A DNA stretch of 64,000 bases from Saccharofermentans sp. (lineage in GTDB: Bacteria; Bacillota; Clostridia; Saccharofermentanales; Saccharofermentanaceae), in the NCBI GenBank assembly GCA_045598625.1, contig JAZLML010000076.1:15525-79524 (forward strand), given 5' to 3'. Position 1 is the stretch's first letter. Each line of letters opens with the position of its first letter. Position numbers and translations under genes: made by a program. The notes beneath the pieces were generated by a model. The model ran no database searches. It was not told where the DNA came from and saw nothing but the letters and a program-made list of their open reading frames with translations. Below, in pieces: positions 49,175 to 57,806 of the stretch.

Positions 49175-49448
49175 GCAATATTTTTCGAGTTCGAGCGTGT
49201 AAGGGGGCTTGCGAGCCCAAACCGTCCATAAAAATCAGGGGAAAAGCGATTTTATATGGTTTTTCGTTAAATGGCAAAGGCGGCCTGTTAAGGCGCGGAA
49301 GTCAGTCATCAAGGCGCGTAGGCTCATTTAGTATAAAACTAAGAAATACAGGAATTTATACTAAAACCGCTTGCGATTCACTTGCAATCCGCTTGTTATC
49401 CGCATACAAGACAGGGATATTGCGGTTACTCTATGTTTTCGAGAATAT

Positions 49449-49496
49449 AAAAGGAGTTGCTTCTTAAGTGAACAAATCACTTATGAAACAACCCCT
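49449..49496 (-). terminator. Intrinsic terminator after secG
   Basis: Minus strand AGGGGTTGTTTCATAAGTG-atttgtt-CACTTAAGAAGCAACTCCT-TTT. Confidence 0.8.
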
Positions 49497-49520
49497 CGTA
49501 AATTCAATTTATATCGTTTC

Positions 49521-49772
49521 TTACCAACCGCGGGAGATTGCGAGATAAAGAACAATTGAAATGATTGCGAAACCTACTACACAGTAAAGTGTGAATCTCT
49601 TAAGTTTCTCCTCAAGTGTTCTTCCCTTTGCTTTGCTGTAGAAAGAATCGGAAGAACCGCCGCCTACAACACCCATACCCTGATCGTTACCTTCCTGAAT
49701 AAGGAAAAGAGCAATCATAGCTACAGCAAGAATAATATCTACAATTGAAAGCACAATAACCAAAGCGCTCAT
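49521..49772 (-). CDS. secG: Preprotein translocase subunit SecG
   Basis: Two TM helices, LFLIQEG..QGMG..GGG....F, KGRTLEEKLKRFT. Confidence 0.93.
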   Translation of the reverse strand: MSALVIVLSIVDIILAVAMIALFLIQEGNDQGMGVVGGGSSDSFYSKAKGRTLEEKLKRFTLYCVVGFAIISIVLYLAISRGW

Positions 49773-49846
49773 GAAATATGCCTCCGATAACAATAATACT
49801 AATTTAACCGTTGGATAATACCATAAAAACCACAGGTATGCAAACC

Positions 49847-52612
49847 TTATTTTGTTTTCATACTGCGCTTTATAAGTTTGGTGATTTCACCCACTGCAAA
49901 CGGTATCAATGCCAAAGGAAGTATTACAAGCCAAGCGGTAGCGTTTAAAGCAACGTTATCGAAAACGGAATTGACTTTCGGAATGTAGATAACTGCAAAG
50001 AGCAAGATAATTGAACCCAATACCGAGATATTCATAAACTTGTTGGTAAAAAGGCCAATCTTAAATACCGACTGTTTCTCGGAACGAGCTGAGTATGCTC
50101 TGAAAAGCTCGGCAAGAATAAGTGTTGCAAATGCTACCGTTCTTGCTCCGGAAAGACTTGAAGCAGACTCACCGAAGAAGAAGGTTCCCTTGGATGTAAG
50201 ACTTACGAGGAATGCGGTACATACGGAAACGAAAATAGCCAACGCCTGAACCAAAATCGATACCTTAACGGAACCGCTTAAGATTGATTCGTTCTTCTTA
50301 CGCGGAGGAACGGACATAAGTCCTGCCTCACCCTTTTCGCGACCCAAAGCCAAAGCCGGGAAGCTGTCTGTCACAAGGTTAAGCCACAAAAGCTGTATAG
50401 CCGTAAGCGGAGCTGCAATACCCGGTACCAAAGAAACCGGAATAAGCGAGATAAGGAAGATTACCAAAATCTCACCGACATTACATGAAAGAAGGAAACT
50501 TACAAACTTTCTGATGTTGGAGTAAATTACACGACCTTCCTCAACGGCACTGGCGATTGTTGCGAAGTTATCGTCCATCAAAATCATATCGGCGGAGTTT
50601 TTCGCTACGTCGGTACCGGTAATACCCATTGCAACACCGATATCGGCACTCTTTAATGCCATAGCGTCGTTAACACCGTCACCCGTCATGGAAGCAATGT
50701 GATCCTTCTTACGAAGTGCATCTACGATACGAACCTTATGTTCAGGAGATACACGTGCATATACGTTTGTGGTCTCACAAAGAGTAAGAAGTTCTTCATC
50801 AGTGGTGTTATCGAGCTCAGCACCGCTTAATGCGCCGATACCCTCACCCATCATATTCAAATCTTCTGCAATTGCTACGGCGGTATCCTTATAGTCACCC
50901 GTAATCATTACGGTTCTGATACCTGCTTCCTTACACTTCTTGATAGCAACCTTAGCTTCTTCTCTTGCAGGGTCAATCATACCGATCAAGCCGATAAATG
51001 TCATCTGATCCTCATCTGAGAATTCAGGAACCTTTATGGCATCTGCATCGTACTCGTTATAAGCGAATGCGAGTACACGAATGGCCTTTGTTGCAAAACC
51101 GTGGTTAACCTCTTCGATTTTACGAAGTGTTTCAACATCCATCTCAACGGATTTCTCACCGTCGAAAAACTTGGTACAACGTGAAAGAACGATATCCGGA
51201 GCACCCTTGGTGTACTGAACGATTCTGCCTTCCTTGATACCTGTGTGATATGTTGACATCATCTTTCTGTCGGAATCGAAAGGAAGCTCGTTTATACGCT
51301 CGAAAGAAGCGTTCAAATCGGCCTTTGTCATGCCGTTCTTATTACCCAATGTGATAAGGGAACCCTCGGTAGGATCACCGATACAATCGTACTTATTGTC
51401 GTTCTCGGTGATGGATGCATCACTGCACAAAACAGCTGCTCTTACCAAAACCTCAAGGCGGTTATCGCCTTTAACGGTAACCTTCTTTCCGTCAGGATCA
51501 AGAACGTCACCTTCAGGACCGTAACCGTTACCTGTTACATCATAGATATCTGTGCCGTTGTAAAGTTTTTTAACAGTCATCTGGTTTTGAGTAAGTGTAC
51601 CTGTCTTATCGGTACAAATTACGTCAACGCAACCCAATGTCTCAACTGCAGAAAGACGTCTTACTACGGCGTTTCTTTCAGCCATCTTGGTCATACCGAG
51701 AGCAAGAACAATCGTAACTACAGCTGCAAGGCCTTCAGGAATTGCAGCAACAGCCAAAGATACGGCCGTCATCAAAGCATCCTGCCATCCGAGTTTCTGT
51801 ACGAAAACGTCAACCACGAAAACAACAATACAAACTGCTATACAAACAATTGCAAGAAGCTTACCGAGTTTATTGAGATTCTTCTGAAGAGGTGTCTCTT
51901 CATCCTCGATATTTGAAAGTCTGTCGGCAATCTTACCGAGTTCGGTATTCTTACCTGTTGCAACGATAACGCCTGTAGCACGGCCGTAAGTAACCGCGGT
52001 ACCCATGTAAAGCATGTTGCAGTGATCGCCGATGGAACTGTCCTCAGCAAGGACCTCATCCGCATCCTTTTCTACAGGAACCGATTCGCCCGTAAGGGAT
52101 GCTTCCTCGGCCTTAAGTGAACTTGAAGTTAAAAGTCTGATATCGGCACAAACCGAATCACCTGCATCAAGAGCAACGGTATCACCGACACAAACATCCG
52201 ATGAAGGAACCATGGTAATTTTGCCGTCTCTTAAAACCTTGGCTTGAGGTGAACTCATTTTCTTCAAAGCGGCAATGGCATCGTCGGCCTTGCCCTCCTG
52301 ATATACGCCGAGAACGGCGTTTAAGATTACAATGGCAAGAATTACTATAACGTCAATCCAGCCCTCGAACCCGCCTTCCTGATAAGCCATAAAACCTGAA
52401 AGAGCTGCAGCTGCAATAAGAATAATAACCATTGCGTCGGCAAACTGCGAAAGGAATCTCTTCCAAAGCGGCTTTTTCTTCTCTTCGCCCAATGTATTCG
52501 GTCCGTCCTTTGCAAGTCTTGCAGCAGCTTCTTCGGATGAAAGACCGTTTATCTCGTCGGCTCTAAAAAAAGCCAATGTTTCTTCTTTAGATTTAGAATA
52601 AAATTTTTCCAT
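49847..52612 (-). CDS. P-type ATPase, type IIA (Ca2+-translocating)
   Basis: TGES, PEGL, DKTGTLT, KGAPD, GDGVND, QLLWLNLVTD. Confidence 0.95.
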   Translation of the reverse strand: MEKFYSKSKEETLAFFRADEINGLSSEEAAARLAKDGPNTLGEEKKKPLWKRFLSQFADAMVIILIAAAALSGFMAYQEGGFEGWIDVIVILAIVILNAVLGVYQEGKADDAIAALKKMSSPQAKVLRDGKITMVPSSDVCVGDTVALDAGDSVCADIRLLTSSSLKAEEASLTGESVPVEKDADEVLAEDSSIGDHCNMLYMGTAVTYGRATGVIVATGKNTELGKIADRLSNIEDEETPLQKNLNKLGKLLAIVCIAVCIVVFVVDVFVQKLGWQDALMTAVSLAVAAIPEGLAAVVTIVLALGMTKMAERNAVVRRLSAVETLGCVDVICTDKTGTLTQNQMTVKKLYNGTDIYDVTGNGYGPEGDVLDPDGKKVTVKGDNRLEVLVRAAVLCSDASITENDNKYDCIGDPTEGSLITLGNKNGMTKADLNASFERINELPFDSDRKMMSTYHTGIKEGRIVQYTKGAPDIVLSRCTKFFDGEKSVEMDVETLRKIEEVNHGFATKAIRVLAFAYNEYDADAIKVPEFSDEDQMTFIGLIGMIDPAREEAKVAIKKCKEAGIRTVMITGDYKDTAVAIAEDLNMMGEGIGALSGAELDNTTDEELLTLCETTNVYARVSPEHKVRIVDALRKKDHIASMTGDGVNDAMALKSADIGVAMGITGTDVAKNSADMILMDDNFATIASAVEEGRVIYSNIRKFVSFLLSCNVGEILVIFLISLIPVSLVPGIAAPLTAIQLLWLNLVTDSFPALALGREKGEAGLMSVPPRKKNESILSGSVKVSILVQALAIFVSVCTAFLVSLTSKGTFFFGESASSLSGARTVAFATLILAELFRAYSARSEKQSVFKIGLFTNKFMNISVLGSIILLFAVIYIPKVNSVFDNVALNATAWLVILPLALIPFAVGEITKLIKRSMKTK

Positions 52613-52726
52613 AAAGACCTCTGTTTGTATTAATCCCTAAAACAACATTTGGATTATATACTAAACACAGAGGAAATAAATATGAATAATGCAAAATATA
52701 AAAGGTTATTTTGTGTAATTTTTCAT

Positions 52727-53827
52727 TCAGAAAAAATAACAACCGCAAGAAAAAAGCGAAGAAGTAATTATAAACAATGCAAAGAAGCAAAACAGCGATA
52801 TACTCCTTTTGTTTCTCGTTTTGGCAAAATCGCAAACGTATATATATAACGGGAACAAACCAAGATAGTATCTGTAGAAACTTGTCATCGGTGCAGCATG
52901 AGGAACTACTCTTATAGTTAAATTAAAAGCAAAAATGCTACCCAACAGATAAATGGCATTAACCAGATAATCCACATTAATCTCTTTCTTTTTCAGATAT
53001 GGAATCAATTTCATAATAAGAAGATAGATAATAAAACCGAGAATAGCTATGGAAAAGATTTCATTTAAAGCAAATAACAGTATTTCATCCGGTTCGAGCG
53101 TAGGATCTTTAAAAAGCGCAATCTCATACTTAATAAACTCTAACGGCCACACTTTACCTCTTCCCCAATTGGTGTACTGGCTGTCTATAAAGAGCTTCCA
53201 GCTGCCTTTCTCGAGTTGGAGATAAAGCGGATACAAGACGCTGATAACCGTTGCAGGTACGTATGTAAGAACAATTTTAAGGAAACCGGTCTCTCGCTTA
53301 TACCAAAGGTAGCACATACCGATAAACATTGCAAAAAACAGCATCGAGCCGCTGTTCCTGGTAGCTACACTCAACCCGAGAAGAATTCCAGTTACTATTC
53401 CAAACTTTCTGTTTGCAAACATCCAATAGGAAGCAATTGTAAAGAAAAAGAACAAACTCTCTGTATAAAGAATGATCGAGAAGAAAGACACCGGAGAAAA
53501 AGCAAACAAAATCAATGCAAATTTACATGACTTGCTCTTTTCCACCAGAGAATAAAGCAAAAACATTGAACCTAAAAAAGCTGACTGGTTAACGGTTATT
53601 GCTCCTGCTTTTCCGATATATCTGATCAAAAGCGGTAAAACAGGAAAAAAACAATACGTAGATGTATTGAAGTAACCGTTCTCGGCAATGTTTATATACC
53701 ACTCGCCGTCAAAAAGCTGTAAACACTCAGTGTAGCCTTTTCCGATAAAAGTAATAGCCACGCAAACCAAACGTGACACCAAGAACAAAAGTATAAGAAA
53801 TTTATAGTCTTTCTTTTTCGTAAGCAT
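52727..53827 (-). CDS. PIG-V/mannosyltransferase-like GT-C membrane glycosyltransferase
   Basis: FDGEWYINIAENGY, FFPVLPLL, YTESLF, RYY; polytopic; AT-rich. Confidence 0.7.
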   Translation of the reverse strand: MLTKKKDYKFLILLFLVSRLVCVAITFIGKGYTECLQLFDGEWYINIAENGYFNTSTYCFFPVLPLLIRYIGKAGAITVNQSAFLGSMFLLYSLVEKSKSCKFALILFAFSPVSFFSIILYTESLFFFFTIASYWMFANRKFGIVTGILLGLSVATRNSGSMLFFAMFIGMCYLWYKRETGFLKIVLTYVPATVISVLYPLYLQLEKGSWKLFIDSQYTNWGRGKVWPLEFIKYEIALFKDPTLEPDEILLFALNEIFSIAILGFIIYLLIMKLIPYLKKKEINVDYLVNAIYLLGSIFAFNLTIRVVPHAAPMTSFYRYYLGLFPLYIYVCDFAKTRNKRSISLFCFFALFIITSSLFSCGCYFF

Positions 53828-53849
53828 AATAGAATTATATCTTTTTTTG

Positions 53850-53881
53850 GCAAAAATAAAACTCCGAAATTACTTCGGAGT
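53850..53881 (-). terminator. Terminator after tRNA-Phe
   Basis: ACTCCGAA-atta-cTTCGGAGT with an A-tract on the left. Confidence 0.65.
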
Positions 53882-53885
53882 CTTA

Positions 53886-53961
53886 TGGTGCCCAGAGACG
53901 GAATCGAACCATCGACACGGGGATTTTCAGTCCCCTGCTCTACCGACTGAGCTATCTGGGC
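53886..53961 (-). tRNA. tRNA-Phe(GAA)
   Basis: GCCCAGATAGCTCAGTCGGTAGAGC...ctGAAaa...GGTTCGATTCC...GGGCACCA; CCA encoded. Confidence 0.98.
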
Positions 53962-53994
53962 GAATAGCAATCGGCCCTCATCAGGCCGATTAAC

Positions 53995-54072
53995 TGGCGA
54001 CGCAGGAGGGGCTCGAACCCTCGACCTCCAGCGTGACAGGCTGGCATTCTAAACCAACTGAACTACTGCGCC
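53995..54072 (-). tRNA. tRNA-Asp(GTC)
   Basis: GGCGCAGTAGTTCAGTTGG...cctGTCacg...GGTTCGAGCCC...CGTCGCCA. Confidence 0.98.
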
Positions 54073-54076
54073 ATCG

Positions 54077-54152
54077 TGGTGGAAACTACAGGGCTCGAAC
54101 CTGTGACCCTCTGCTTGTAAGGCAGATGCTCTCCCAGCTGAGCTAAGCTTCC
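54077..54152 (-). tRNA. tRNA-Val(TAC)
   Basis: GGAAGCTTAGCTCAGCTGGGAGAGC...ctTACaa...GGTTCGAGCCC...TTTCCACCA. Confidence 0.98.
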
Positions 54153-54192
54153 ATCTAAGTTACTGGGTACGTCTCTCTCGAAACGCAAAAGA

Positions 54193-54222
54193 AGTATATA
54201 TTAAACACCTTGCATATGTCAA
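54193..54222 (-). promoter_or_regulatory. SigA promoter of the tRNA cluster
   Basis: Minus strand TTGACA-N18-TATACT with an A/T-rich UP region. Confidence 0.7.
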
Positions 54223-54300
54223 CAACTTTTTTCAAAAAAAAGAAAAATCGTTGTGGACAATTCTGAAGACGCAGCATTTTCAAGTGTTTTCAGATAAATA

Positions 54301-54771
54301 TTATCGAGTAAAATATATGTAAACAAAAGCTATCGATTCACCTTCGATTGAAACCACAAACGTTACGGTGTTACCATCAGAATCCGTACCGCGAAGAATT
54401 ACAATCTGACTTTGCGGATCAGGATTCGGTCGTATAGTCGCAGAAGCAAATACGTCGGAAAATTGTTCAACAAAATCCTCATAATTGTAGAGTTCAGGTT
54501 CAAAATCGTAACTATTCATTACAAGGGTTACAAAGTCTCCCAGCCGGCTGGTCGGAATTTGAACCTGTGCCTGATAAGAGTTTCTGTAAAACATAATTCC
54601 GCTTTTATACATATGAAGAATTTTCATATCTTCGGTTCTTTCTATCTTAAGTGTTCTGTCAAAAACAGCAGTATTTCTATCGTAAAATAAACCTGCTGCC
54701 AAAGCAATTACCAGAACAATCGTAACTATAATAAGTATGGTGTCTTTCTTAGAATTAGAACTGTTTGCCAT
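54301..54771 (-). CDS. Hypothetical membrane-anchored protein
   Basis: 156 aa, one N-terminal TM helix; RBS AAGGA. Confidence 0.75.
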   Translation of the reverse strand: MANSSNSKKDTILIIVTIVLVIALAAGLFYDRNTAVFDRTLKIERTEDMKILHMYKSGIMFYRNSYQAQVQIPTSRLGDFVTLVMNSYDFEPELYNYEDFVEQFSDVFASATIRPNPDPQSQIVILRGTDSDGNTVTFVVSIEGESIAFVYIYFTR

Positions 54772-54797
54772 GTAATACTACCGTCCTTTGTGTTGTT

Positions 54798-55661
54798 TCA
54801 GTCTATTCTGTATAAATTTTTAGCATTTTCCGTAAGGATTTTAAAGACTTCTTCAGAAGACATTTCTTTAATTTCCGCTATTTTCTCCGCCACAAACGGC
54901 ACAAATTCCGGCTCGTTTGTTTTTCCGCGGTTAGGCTCCGGTGTCAGATATGGGCTGTCCGTCTCGATTACGATTCTATTAAGCGGAGTTTCGCGACACA
55001 CTTCTATGCCTCTCTTATTATTCTTGAAAGTAAGCGGTCCGTCAAATCCGATATAAAATCCCATGTCGACGAGTATTTTCGCGATTTCAGGCGAACAAGA
55101 ACAACAATGGCATACACCGGGGGTCTCTAAAAGCCTTCCGGACTTATAAAAAGACCTCAGGATGTCGGTCGAATCTCCCGCCGCATCTCTTTCGTGCAAA
55201 ATGAACGGTATATCCGCTTCAAATGCCAGATTAAGCTGCCTCTCGAAAACATTCTTCTGAACATCTCTCGGCGAGAAATCATAGTAGTAATCAAGTCCTA
55301 TCTCTCCCAAGGCCCTGATACGGTACTTCTCGCGCTCAGAAAGCCACTTTTTAAGCGTTTCTTCGGAAGCCTCGTCATAAGTTGACGCCTCATGCGGATG
55401 GACGCCGCAGGCGGCATATAAATTGACACCGCCAAAGCCGTTATACTTCGTCGCGAATTCGAAAGCTGCCTTCGAAGATTCAATCGAGTCACCCGGAATA
55501 AGAATATCGGTAACACCGGCCTTGGCGGCGCGGGTCAAAATATCTTCCGGGGTTGTTCCCTCCTCCGAAAACCTCGTATCATAAAGATGGGCATGTGTAT
55601 CAAACATACCCATCTCGAAATCGTTAATATAGTGTATTGTCTCTCTATGCGAATGAGACAT
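54798..55661 (-). CDS. tatD: TatD-family deoxyribonuclease
   Basis: DTHAHL, GVHPH, GEIGLDY, HER, ETDSPY; true start may be 55613. Confidence 0.94.
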   Translation of the reverse strand: MSHSHRETIHYINDFEMGMFDTHAHLYDTRFSEEGTTPEDILTRAAKAGVTDILIPGDSIESSKAAFEFATKYNGFGGVNLYAACGVHPHEASTYDEASEETLKKWLSEREKYRIRALGEIGLDYYYDFSPRDVQKNVFERQLNLAFEADIPFILHERDAAGDSTDILRSFYKSGRLLETPGVCHCCSCSPEIAKILVDMGFYIGFDGPLTFKNNKRGIEVCRETPLNRIVIETDSPYLTPEPNRGKTNEPEFVPFVAEKIAEIKEMSSEEVFKILTENAKNLYRID

Positions 55662-57610
55662 TATGAAATATCTGCACCCGGAACGATTGAAGAATCAAGT
55701 TCTACAACGCGGTATCCGTCTCCGTCCTTGGCAGACAAAATCATTCCGCGGCTTTCAAGTCCGCACATTTTTCGAGGTGCGAGGTTAACAACCATAGCAA
55801 CCGTCTTTCCCACCAACTCTTCAGGCTCATAGTATTTAGCGATGCCCGAAAGAATCTGGCGACCGCCGAAACCGTCGTCAATCTGCATGCAAAGGAGCTT
55901 ATCGGACTTCTTAACCTTCTCGCAGGACAAAATCTTACCTGCACGAATATCAAGCTTAGCAAAATCGTCGTAAACGCACTCTTCCTTCAAAGGCTCCAAG
56001 GAAGGCTTCTCTTCTTCCTTCGGTTCTTCTTTCTTAGGTGCCAAAGCTTCAAGCTCCGCAAGTTCCTTCTCAATATCGATTCTCGGGAACAAAACAGGAC
56101 CTTTCTGAACCTTTACGTCAGCCTTAAGACCGTTTACCAAAGAAGCGGCATCCCAAGTGGTAATATCGTCCGCAGCACCGATCTGCTCATAAATAAGCGG
56201 AGCCGTGTTTGGCATTGCAGGTGAAAGCAAAATTGTGCAACGGCGAATTGTATCCAAAAGGTTATAAAGAACCGTAGCAAGACGTGCCTTCTTGGACTCG
56301 TCTTTTGCAAGAACCCAAGGTGCATTCTCGTCGATATACTTGTTTGCACGTGCGATAACCTTGAAGATAGCCTCAAGACCGTCGGCAATATGAAGAGTCT
56401 CATAATCCGAAGTTACCTTTGAAGGAAGCTTATCAAGCATCTCCAAAAGCTCGTTATCGGTAGCATCGGCCTCACGCTCGGTAGGCAAATTCTCACCGAA
56501 ATACTTCAAAACCATGGCAACCGTACGTGAAACGAGGTTACCCAAATCGTTTGCGAGATCGCTGTTAAGACGGTTAAACATCATCTCATTCGTATACGGG
56601 CAGTCGGAACCGTAAGGCATCTCACGAAGCAAGTGATAACGCAAAGCATCTACACCGTATCTGTCGCAAAGAATAAACGGATCGATTACGTTTCCGGAAG
56701 ATTTACTCATCTTACCGCCGCCGAATGTAATCCAGCCGTGGCCGTAAACCTTCTTAGGAAGCGGCAAATCCAAAGCCATAAGCATTGCAGGCCAGATAAG
56801 TGTATGGAAACGTACGATTTCCTTAGCCATTACATGAATATCTGCAGGCCAGTACTTATCGTAGTCGTTATAGGTGCTGTTGCCGTAACCCAAAGCCGTA
56901 ATGTAGTTCGAAAGAGCATCTACCCAAACGTAAACAACGTGGTCAGGGTCAAATGTAACCGGGATACCCCATTTAAAGCTGGTTCTTGATACACACAAAT
57001 CCTGAAGACCCGGCTTAATGAAGTTATTGATCATCTCGTTAACACGGGACTTCGGCTGCAGGAAATCGAGTTCTTCATCTGTAAGAAGCTTCTCAAGCCT
57101 TGGTCCGAACTCGGAAAGCTTAAAGAAGTATGCTTCCTCGGAAGCATCCACGCACTCTCTGCCGCAGTCAGGGCACTTGCCGTCCACAAGCTGGCTCTCG
57201 GTCCAGAAAGACTCGCAAGGCTTACAGTATTTGCCTGTATATTCACCCTTATAGATGTAACCCTTCTTATAAAGATCCTCGAAAATATGCTGTACGGACT
57301 CAACGTGATAAGGATCGGTTGTTCTTATATATCTGTCGTATGTGATTCCGAGTCTGCCCCAAAGCTTTTTGAAGTTTGCAACAATCTCATCAACATACTG
57401 CTGAGGAGTAACTCCTGCTTCTTTAGCCTTATCTTCGATTTTCTGTCCGTGCTCATCGGTACCGGTAAGGAACATTACATCATAGCCCTGCATTCGCTTC
57501 AGACGTGCAACTACATCGCATGCGAGCGTTGTGTAGCAATGTCCGATGTGCGGATTTCCCGAAGGATAATAAATAGGCGTTGTAATGTAATAAGGTTTCT
57601 TTTCTGTCAT
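55661..57610 (-). CDS. metG: Methionine--tRNA ligase with C-terminal tRNA-binding domain
   Basis: PHIGH, KMSKS, CKPCE..CPDC zinc knuckle; RBS GGAGG before ATG 57610. Confidence 0.98.
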   Translation of the reverse strand: MTEKKPYYITTPIYYPSGNPHIGHCYTTLACDVVARLKRMQGYDVMFLTGTDEHGQKIEDKAKEAGVTPQQYVDEIVANFKKLWGRLGITYDRYIRTTDPYHVESVQHIFEDLYKKGYIYKGEYTGKYCKPCESFWTESQLVDGKCPDCGRECVDASEEAYFFKLSEFGPRLEKLLTDEELDFLQPKSRVNEMINNFIKPGLQDLCVSRTSFKWGIPVTFDPDHVVYVWVDALSNYITALGYGNSTYNDYDKYWPADIHVMAKEIVRFHTLIWPAMLMALDLPLPKKVYGHGWITFGGGKMSKSSGNVIDPFILCDRYGVDALRYHLLREMPYGSDCPYTNEMMFNRLNSDLANDLGNLVSRTVAMVLKYFGENLPTEREADATDNELLEMLDKLPSKVTSDYETLHIADGLEAIFKVIARANKYIDENAPWVLAKDESKKARLATVLYNLLDTIRRCTILLSPAMPNTAPLIYEQIGAADDITTWDAASLVNGLKADVKVQKGPVLFPRIDIEKELAELEALAPKKEEPKEEEKPSLEPLKEECVYDDFAKLDIRAGKILSCEKVKKSDKLLCMQIDDGFGGRQILSGIAKYYEPEELVGKTVAMVVNLAPRKMCGLESRGMILSAKDGDGYRVVELDSSIVPGADIS

Positions 57611-57687
57611 AAAACCCACCTCCGATATAATGTAACAGTCTTTTATTATAAGGTTGATACCATAAATAGTCAAAAGGGATTTGAAGT

Positions 57688-57734
57688 AAAAAAAGTAGGC
57701 CAAATCCGCGAGAAAATCGATTTTTGGCCTATTT
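57688..57734 (-). terminator. Palindrome / probable terminator between the EAL gene and metG
   Basis: TAGGCCAAA-N18-TTTGGCCTA (36 bp) with an A-tract on the left. Confidence 0.55.
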
Positions 57735-57806
57735 CGGGTTTTTGAACTGATCATGAATGTGCCGGGTGCAGCACAGTCTTGAAAAAGAACAACGGAAGTT
57801 ACTTAC

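Noticed and set aside
49150-49467. 105-aa plus-strand ORF
   Set aside because: No RBS or motifs; overlaps palindromes and the secG terminator.
49100-49520. tmRNA (ssrA) near secG/rnr
   Set aside because: No tRNA-like 5' GGGG..TTCGAC or 3' TTCGA..CCACCA ends on either strand.
53692-53970. 92-aa minus-strand ORF
   Set aside because: It reads through tRNA-Phe and its terminator.
57611-57806. T-box or SAM riboswitch upstream of metG
   Set aside because: No T-box GGTGGTACCGCG-like motif or S-box core; little leader space after the palindrome.
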